Source: an uncultured Desulfurococcaceae archaeon
Lineage (GTDB): Archaea > Thermoproteota > Thermoprotei_A > Sulfolobales > Desulfurococcaceae
Assembly (NCBI GenBank): GCA_964480805.1
Contig: CAYZRH010000004.1
Coordinates: 1,749 to 65,748, forward strand
Direction of reading: 5' to 3'
Length of the DNA stretch: 64,000 bases
This document shows positions 58,708-64,000 of this stretch, piece by piece. The stretch's first letter is position 1; each line of letters starts with the position of its first letter. The notes under the pieces were generated by a model. It made no database searches. It saw nothing but the letters and a program-made list of their open reading frames with translations, and was not told the origin of the DNA. The translations under genes and the position numbers were made by a program.

Positions 58708-59751
58708 TTATTTTTCATATAACCTATATACATAGATAGCGTTATCTAGTATTATATAGAGTTCTTTGAAATCGGCCTTATCAGCTAATACGATTACCTT
58801 ATTATACCTCCTTGCTAGTGATAAAAACTTTCTAAAGTCATTAACTTCTATCAAAGGCTTATTTCCAAGATCCACTACTCTACCTGGTAGAATGTACGGT
58901 CTATTAACTGTAATGTATTGTTCATAGACTTTTTTCTCCTTAAACTTTGTGATATAGATGGTTGTTAGTGTAAATAATGTTAGTGCTAAAGCTATTGTTG
59001 TATATGTAAGTAGTGTTCTAGAAGCAAGTATGTCTAAACCAAGTAGATTAAACATTTTCTTCTTCATTATAGTTTTTTCGTCAGTATAGCTTTTACTATC
59101 ACCACTCTTAGTTATTGTAACCATATTTCCCTCTTTATCAATAGATATACTTACTTTAGGATTAATTCTATATGTAGCATTTACACCTGTTCCATAAACT
59201 ACATTAGTTAGCAAGTCTATAGAGAGTGTTATAGTATAAGATCTTGTCTTAATACCAGTCTCTTTCTCAATAGTATTTACAATTTTGTGGATTTTACTCA
59301 TATTCAATAGTATAGTGTCTCTAAACTTGCCAGCATCAATATGACTCGGTTCTTTAAATAATATAGTTTTAGACCAGACACCAGAGCTTATGATTAAGTA
59401 TATGGTGTAGTCTATACTTACATCTCTTATAGATCCGTATTTTGTATTAGAGTATAATATGGGGTCATAGTAGAGATCTAGTACAATATACTTGAGTAAA
59501 CTAAGGTATACCTTATTTGAACTTATATTTTCTACATAGTCATATATTAAAGCTGGTTTTACAACAGCCTTATTCTTAATAGCTACTTTCAAGTCACAAT
59601 ACTTTACAGTACTAGTGTACTGTGTATATGGAGGTTCACGGTACACTATAGCTAATAGTATACTAGAGGTTATTGTTGAAACTAGGAATAAAGCTATAAA
59701 GACTATGAGAACTTTATCAATAATACTTTTATTTAAACCATTTTTAATCAA
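58708..59751 (-). CDS. bitopic membrane protein, accessory gene of the TasA-like/signal-peptidase cluster
   Basis: 347 aa. TM near the N-terminus (VLIVFIALFLVSTITSSILLAIV), a ~210-aa external domain, a second TM (TLLTYTTIALALTLFTLTTIYI) and an ~80-aa cytoplasmic tail. Overlaps the upstream peptidase gene by 8 nt. Confidence 0.55.
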   Translation of the reverse strand: MIKNGLNKSIIDKVLIVFIALFLVSTITSSILLAIVYREPPYTQYTSTVKYCDLKVAIKNKAVVKPALIYDYVENISSNKVYLSLLKYIVLDLYYDPILYSNTKYGSIRDVSIDYTIYLIISSGVWSKTILFKEPSHIDAGKFRDTILLNMSKIHKIVNTIEKETGIKTRSYTITLSIDLLTNVVYGTGVNATYRINPKVSISIDKEGNMVTITKSGDSKSYTDEKTIMKKKMFNLLGLDILASRTLLTYTTIALALTLFTLTTIYITKFKEKKVYEQYITVNRPYILPGRVVDLGNKPLIEVNDFRKFLSLARRYNKVIVLADKADFKELYIILDNAIYVYRLYEK

Positions 59752-60943
59752 TACGCATGATCACCTCCTTAACTATATATAGGCTAAATATGAATAGAAT
59801 GATTGATGTTAGTGTAACAACAAATGTTACATAGTCTTTAGATAGTATTGCTAGAAATATTATAGGCATACCTATATATGGTATTGAGTATATGGTCTTA
59901 CCAAGTATATTATCGTAACGTACAACCCATGGATCAACTTCTTTATTAGCATCGCCTTTTGTTAGATAATATGATCTATTTTCCTTGATGAATGTTTCAA
60001 TAACTCTATGTGTAACAATCTTGTCTTTAACCATAAACGTTATTACATCTTCTTTTGTAATATTGTTTACATTTGTATCAATAACAATTATATCACCCAT
60101 ATTTATTTGAGGAGCCATACTACCACTTGTGACAATAAGTAGTCTATACCCACTAATGGTTATAAGCACCAATGTTATAGTTAGGGTGAAAGCAGTAATG
60201 TTTAGTATTGTTGATAGAGTTCTTCTTAATGAGGATATGTAGAGGTTTTCTACATTAGTGGTGTTTTTATTCTTTATTAATACATAATATATTATTGATA
60301 ATTGAGACATAGTTATAAAAATTGATAGCGGTAGGGAAATGGTTAATGGGATTGCAGGTAATATAGGCAGAGTTTTTGTCATAACGGTATGGGGTATACT
60401 ATAGAGTAGTTGTATACTGATATTTGTATTGATAGCAAGTATTGTTAGAAATAGCTGGTTAAGGAAGACTGTCATATTATATATAACTGACTCTATAGAT
60501 GGGTCTGTCAAATTACTTATTGATATGTATAGTATTGTAGTAGTTAGTGTTGGTAGCCATACTTTCACACTACGATGTTCTATAATATTGTCTATAAGAA
60601 CTCTTCTAAAACATTCAATACCTATTACAAATGATAAGGTATATACATTTGTTAATAATAGATCTACTAGAGTTAGTGTAGACAAATTATATCCAAAGCC
60701 AAATATGAGTCCAAGCATATACCTTGGTATGATACCTACTAATAATAAATACATTACTATAGACTTATCACTAACTATTCTTGAAAGCATACTTCTAGAA
60801 TTTAGAAGATATATCACTACTAAAGAAATACTTGTTATTGAAATAATTACATGAAAGGATATACCATAAGCTAATGGGAAGTTCTTTAACAAGTAGACTA
60901 TAAAAATTAACAATAAAGATAAGTACACATACTTTCTAGACAT
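59744..60943 (-). CDS. signal peptidase I (ER/archaeal/SipW type, S26B) fused to an N-terminal ~270-aa polytopic membrane domain
   Basis: C-terminal domain has all three boxes: VTSGSMAPQINMGD (catalytic Ser), IVTHRVIE (catalytic His), LTKGDANKEVDP. It is preceded by about 8 hydrophobic helices. Confidence 0.75.
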   Translation of the reverse strand: MSRKYVYLSLLLIFIVYLLKNFPLAYGISFHVIISITSISLVVIYLLNSRSMLSRIVSDKSIVMYLLLVGIIPRYMLGLIFGFGYNLSTLTLVDLLLTNVYTLSFVIGIECFRRVLIDNIIEHRSVKVWLPTLTTTILYISISNLTDPSIESVIYNMTVFLNQLFLTILAINTNISIQLLYSIPHTVMTKTLPILPAIPLTISLPLSIFITMSQLSIIYYVLIKNKNTTNVENLYISSLRRTLSTILNITAFTLTITLVLITISGYRLLIVTSGSMAPQINMGDIIVIDTNVNNITKEDVITFMVKDKIVTHRVIETFIKENRSYYLTKGDANKEVDPWVVRYDNILGKTIYSIPYIGMPIIFLAILSKDYVTFVVTLTSIILFIFSLYIVKEVIMRID

Positions 60944-61031
60944 ATATTATTCCTCAAATCCCTTTATCAAGGGGGTAAAAAATATTGGATTTAAGCATCA
61001 CATAGTTGCACCAGTCATGTGGATTTAACCG

Positions 61032-61694
61032 TTATGGCCCTATTGGCCCAGGAGTGTACTCATTCCATTGTACAGCATCAAGACTTAAGTATAGAGTTAT
61101 TGTAATGTTCTCCTGTATCCCTTGCAGTATTGTTAAGTCAAAACTTATATCAGCCTCATCACAGTGGTGTAGTTGTTTCCCAAAATTGTCACCCCACCAT
61201 ATAAGTATGTCGTCTACTCCATCACCGTCTAGGTCTATTTCATCGCCTCTTTGAAGTTCTTGTTCATTAATAGCGTAGTAGTACCATGTGTATGTTCCAT
61301 TGCTTATAGATAGTCTCCATATCTTTATTGGTATATCCCCATTATTGTGTACTATGAATGATATGTGTTCATAGTACCATGGATAAGCATTTACTATTGT
61401 AATATTTAATACATCATAATCTAAGTCTCCATCACTATCCGTTAGCGTTACAAACGTCTGTCCAACATCCTTATCTGTTTGAAACCTAACCTTATCTGGT
61501 ATTAATGTCCAGTTGAGATTCCAGTCATTAACACCCGGTCCATCGAGATGGCTAACGCCTAGCATAATCTCCCAGTCTAGCTCTCCTGTTGATACATAAG
61601 TATTGATCTTTAGTACACTAAACCACATAGCTAGTGTAAACAGTACTAATGCTATCAGAGCTAATGCTATTATACTTATAACACCTTTATTCAT
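61032..61694 (-). CDS. secreted TasA/camelysin-like (SipW-type signal peptide) protein, paralogue 2
   Basis: MNKGVISIIALALIALVLFTLAMWFSVLKINTYVSTGELDW. Shares AMW..LKINTY.xTGE, LNITxVNAYP, xIPxKxW and C-terminal QWNE...GP with the upstream paralogue. ATG 61694 preferred over 61712. Confidence 0.6.
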   Translation of the reverse strand: MNKGVISIIALALIALVLFTLAMWFSVLKINTYVSTGELDWEIMLGVSHLDGPGVNDWNLNWTLIPDKVRFQTDKDVGQTFVTLTDSDGDLDYDVLNITIVNAYPWYYEHISFIVHNNGDIPIKIWRLSISNGTYTWYYYAINEQELQRGDEIDLDGDGVDDILIWWGDNFGKQLHHCDEADISFDLTILQGIQENITITLYLSLDAVQWNEYTPGPIGP

Positions 61695-61782
61695 TCCAAT
61701 ACACCTACACATACGAAGTACACGGGTTTTACACCCATTTTGAAAAACATTTTCATATTCAATACACTCCTATCACACGTCC

Positions 61783-62349
61783 TTATGGGCCATTAACTTC
61801 ATTCCACTGAGCAAACGTTAACTCTAGATCGAATGAATAGAGTGCTGTCTCATTAGCTGCCTGAGTAACAATGATTTCTAGGATAAAGGTTTTGTTCTCT
61901 CCAGGCTCTATTTGAGTAGAATTTGGCTTGATCAAGGTTACATTTAATGCTTCTGTATCATTAGGGTCTAAGTGGGTCCAGTTAACATTATATAGTTTTA
62001 CAGGTATTGTACCAATATTGTCAACAACTAGTGTAATGTTTACAGCATAACCTGGATAGGCGTTAACAAGTGTTATATTTAGTTTTATAGGGTTGCCTTC
62101 TGTATCATTCTTTTCTACAGTAACTATACATTTACTAACATTCTTGTTTTCAGTATTATTGAACCCTGGTGCTTGTGGATCTGGCCCTGTATCACTGCAT
62201 TCCCAAGCACTCCATTTAACTTTAACTTCACCAGTGTGTATGTAAGTGTTGATCTTTAGTGTTTCTGACCACATAGCTATTGTCGTTCCAATTCCTACCA
62301 GTATTACAGATAGGAGTACTATTCCAAGTACTTTACCTAGAGCTATCAT
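61783..62349 (-). CDS. secreted TasA/camelysin-like (SipW-type signal peptide) protein, paralogue 1; candidate fibre subunit
   Basis: 188 aa. LLSVILVGIGTTIAMWSETLKINTYIHTGEV fits the SipW-cognate signal pattern G-x-G-T-x-A-x-(F/W)-S-(D/E)-T. Sequon-rich beta-type sequence. Ends QWNEVNGP. Confidence 0.65.
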   Translation of the reverse strand: MIALGKVLGIVLLSVILVGIGTTIAMWSETLKINTYIHTGEVKVKWSAWECSDTGPDPQAPGFNNTENKNVSKCIVTVEKNDTEGNPIKLNITLVNAYPGYAVNITLVVDNIGTIPVKLYNVNWTHLDPNDTEALNVTLIKPNSTQIEPGENKTFILEIIVTQAANETALYSFDLELTFAQWNEVNGP

Positions 62350-62455
62350 GTTCTACACCTTTTACAATACATTATTGCTAACAGTATTTAATAACTTAGA
62401 GTATGTGTTATATAGAAAAACTATATGTACAAAAAATCTATATCTATAATATACT

Positions 62456-63094
62456 CTACCTACTAGGTACTAGTATGGTATACCTATCAGGCTTTATACC
62501 TGCTTGTGTAAATATCTTCTTAAAATAGGATATGGGATACTGATGTATAGCATTATTTATTAGAATACATTTCTCATTGGTATCAACTAGATAGAATAAT
62601 AGTCTACCAATAGAATCTATGATCTCATCTATACTCATAGCTTCATCAATAACTGATATTATATAGTTTACATCTCTAGTGCCATAAAGATTTATATTAT
62701 ATCTAAATCCAGAGCGGCCAACAATGATCTTATTTATTAAAGCTAGAGTCTGTCTGTTTAAGTTCTTACTAGTCTTTAAGATCAAGTATTTTAGTAATAG
62801 CTCTAAGTAGTCATTGTTCTTTTCTCTATATTCAAAGACGTTGTAGAGTCTCGTAATTAATGAAAATAATCGTCTACCATGTGGTGTCATTACATACCCT
62901 CTTAACCTACCCTTACTAACAACTTCTATAGCATTAATACTAATAAGTTGGTTAAGGAACTTCTCCAAACTCTTTGTATTAAGGTTTGTAGCATAGAGTA
63001 TATGCGTCTTCTTAGCTATTCCCTCACTATTAATGAACTTTAATATAGAGAAGATGATATCTATACGTGTACGGTGTTGTGCTTTGTAAATCAT
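62456..63094 (-). CDS. winged-helix DNA-binding protein (putative transcriptional regulator) with uncharacterised C-terminal domain
   Basis: 212 aa. N-terminal RIDIIFSILKFINSEGIAKKTHILYATNLNTKSLEKFLNQLISINAIEVV is wHTH-like. First gene of the co-directional cluster. Confidence 0.5.
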   Translation of the reverse strand: MIYKAQHRTRIDIIFSILKFINSEGIAKKTHILYATNLNTKSLEKFLNQLISINAIEVVSKGRLRGYVMTPHGRRLFSLITRLYNVFEYREKNNDYLELLLKYLILKTSKNLNRQTLALINKIIVGRSGFRYNINLYGTRDVNYIISVIDEAMSIDEIIDSIGRLLFYLVDTNEKCILINNAIHQYPISYFKKIFTQAGIKPDRYTILVPSR

Positions 63095-63303
63095 GTCTCT
63101 TTACATCCAAGCATCTGTGCATGGTAGTATGTATCTCTGGTATATATTATATTTTCTGTATAAGAGATACATTTTTATGTATTAATTATTTTAATATGGA
63201 GATTGATTAATAGGTTATTAATAACTTAAAGCATTTATATAATCCATAATAGTATTTGTTATAGTAGTGAATTAGTTATAATAGTGCTTATAGTTATTAT
63301 ATT

Positions 63304-63789
63304 ATGGTGATATTGATGGGTGAACCTAAAATTGTTGAAAAAGGTATTCAAGGCAAATTTGATTACCTAGAACATACTGCTGATGTATACATACTAGCTT
63401 ATGGAGGAGACCTTATAGAGTTATTTGAAAACGCTGGTTTATCATTATTTGAGACTATGACCAATACAAGGGATCTAGAGTTATCTATAGAACGTAGAAT
63501 ACATGCTGAAGGCTTTGATCTTGAGAGTCTATTGTATAGATGGCTTGAGGAACTATTATTTCTATACTATAGTGAAAACATTATGTGTAAAGAGGTTTAT
63601 GTAGAAAATCTATGTGTTAAGAGGGAGGATGGCGATAGAGTCTATAGTATTGATGGTGTTTGTCGTGGAGAGTGCTTTAACCCTAATAGACATGTGTCTA
63701 AAGTTGAGGTTAAAGCTGTTACATATCATCTTATGAAGATTGTTAAAGATGAGGAGAAGTGGAGAGCGTATTTTGTACTAGATATATAA
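63304..63789 (+). CDS. archease (RtcB tRNA-ligase activator family)
   Basis: FDYLEHTADVYILAYGGDLIELFENAGLSLFETM...VKAVTYHLMKI. Start is ATG 63304 or 63316. Confidence 0.85.
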   Translation: MVILMGEPKIVEKGIQGKFDYLEHTADVYILAYGGDLIELFENAGLSLFETMTNTRDLELSIERRIHAEGFDLESLLYRWLEELLFLYYSENIMCKEVYVENLCVKREDGDRVYSIDGVCRGECFNPNRHVSKVEVKAVTYHLMKIVKDEEKWRAYFVLDI

Positions 63790-63792
63790 TTT

Positions 63793-64000
63793 CTAGATCT
63801 TTCTATGTAGTTTTAATATACATTTTTCACAGAAAAACCTATCCTTAGTATCAACCTCGTATACACTATTACTAAAGTTCATTACACAACCAGGTGTAGT
63901 ACAGTGTAGTAGTCCAAGTAGATGGCCTAGTTCATGGACTATTTCAGTAGATACCCTCCCTACATACTTTGTAGGGTTAAATTCTTCACTGTAGAATACC
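63793..64000 (-). CDS. amzA: archaemetzincin (peptidase M54), C-terminal part; 5' end beyond window
   Basis: Manual reverse translation: ...VFYSEEFNPTKYVGRVSTEIVHELGHLLGLLHCTTPGCVMNFSNSVYEVDTKDRFFCEKCILKLHRKI*. HExxHxxGxxHC plus CxxC is characteristic. Convergent with archease (3-nt gap). Confidence 0.8.
   Translation of the reverse strand, partial: VFYSEEFNPTKYVGRVSTEIVHELGHLLGLLHCTTPGCVMNFSNSVYEVDTKDRFFCEKCILKLHRKI

Noticed and set aside
60429-61254. Plus-strand ORFs 60429-60854 and 61006-61254 inside the signal-peptidase fusion and TasA-like genes.
   Set aside because: They are antisense to CDSs with catalytic or signal motifs, and this AT-rich antisense strand is simply stop-poor.
1-64000. 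Looked for integrases, transposases, terminal inverted repeats or att-like duplications of the tRNA-Ser 3' end. These would mark the accessory regions as mobile elements.
   Set aside because: No recombinase-like ORF was recognised. I could find no repeat of the tRNA 3' half by eye. Mobile origin therefore remains unsupported.

Overview
AT-rich archaeal chromosomal window. It looks Thermoprotei/Crenarchaeota-type and Desulfurococcales-like, but the taxon is my inference. All product calls come from reading motifs in the supplied translations and from manual translation of short ORFs; no searches were run.

Core content (22.9-43.8 kb): the conserved ribosomal-protein super-cluster. Order is L3-L4-L23-L2, an insertion, then S19-L22-S3-L29-Rpp29-S17-L14-L24-S4e-L5-S14-S8-L6-L32e-L19e-L18-S5-L30-L15-SecY. 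It is followed by a DUF106/YidC-like protein, L34e, Cmk, L14e, Cbf5, a methyltransferase and tRNA-Ser(UGA).

Four accessory regions stand out:
1. 8.6-21.9 kb: a 2339-aa sequon-rich surface protein with a roughly 1200-aa coiled-coil stalk and C-terminal anchor. Directly downstream is a tightly packed six-gene operon. Its last four genes have the small hairpin / polytopic / small hairpin / DEAW-type ATPase layout of the archaeal Ced DNA-import system (VirB2/VirB6/VirB3/VirB4-like). Two extra N-terminally anchored glycoproteins precede them.
2. 26.0-29.75 kb: a 3.8-kb insertion splits the otherwise universal L2-S19 junction. It carries an unlisted 46-aa Cren7-like ORF with a CxxC...CxxxH site, an orphan gene, and a MoxR-type AAA+ ATPase plus VWA/MIDAS protein pair.
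3. 58.7-63.1 kb: a five-gene minus-strand cluster. It encodes two paralogous proteins with SipW/TasA-type signal peptides, an ER-type signal peptidase I fused to a large polytopic membrane domain, a bitopic accessory protein and a wHTH regulator. This is a candidate TasA/bundling-pilus-like fibre system.
4. 44.7-52.7 kb: a sugar-catabolic cluster whose enzyme families match the Thermotoga-type inositol to tagaturonate to fructuronate route.

Other features include a candidate C/D-box sRNA (21.86 kb), several intergenic repeats, and a helicase/ATPase neighbourhood at 0.3-8.4 kb. No rRNA, CRISPR array, integrase or transposase was recognised.
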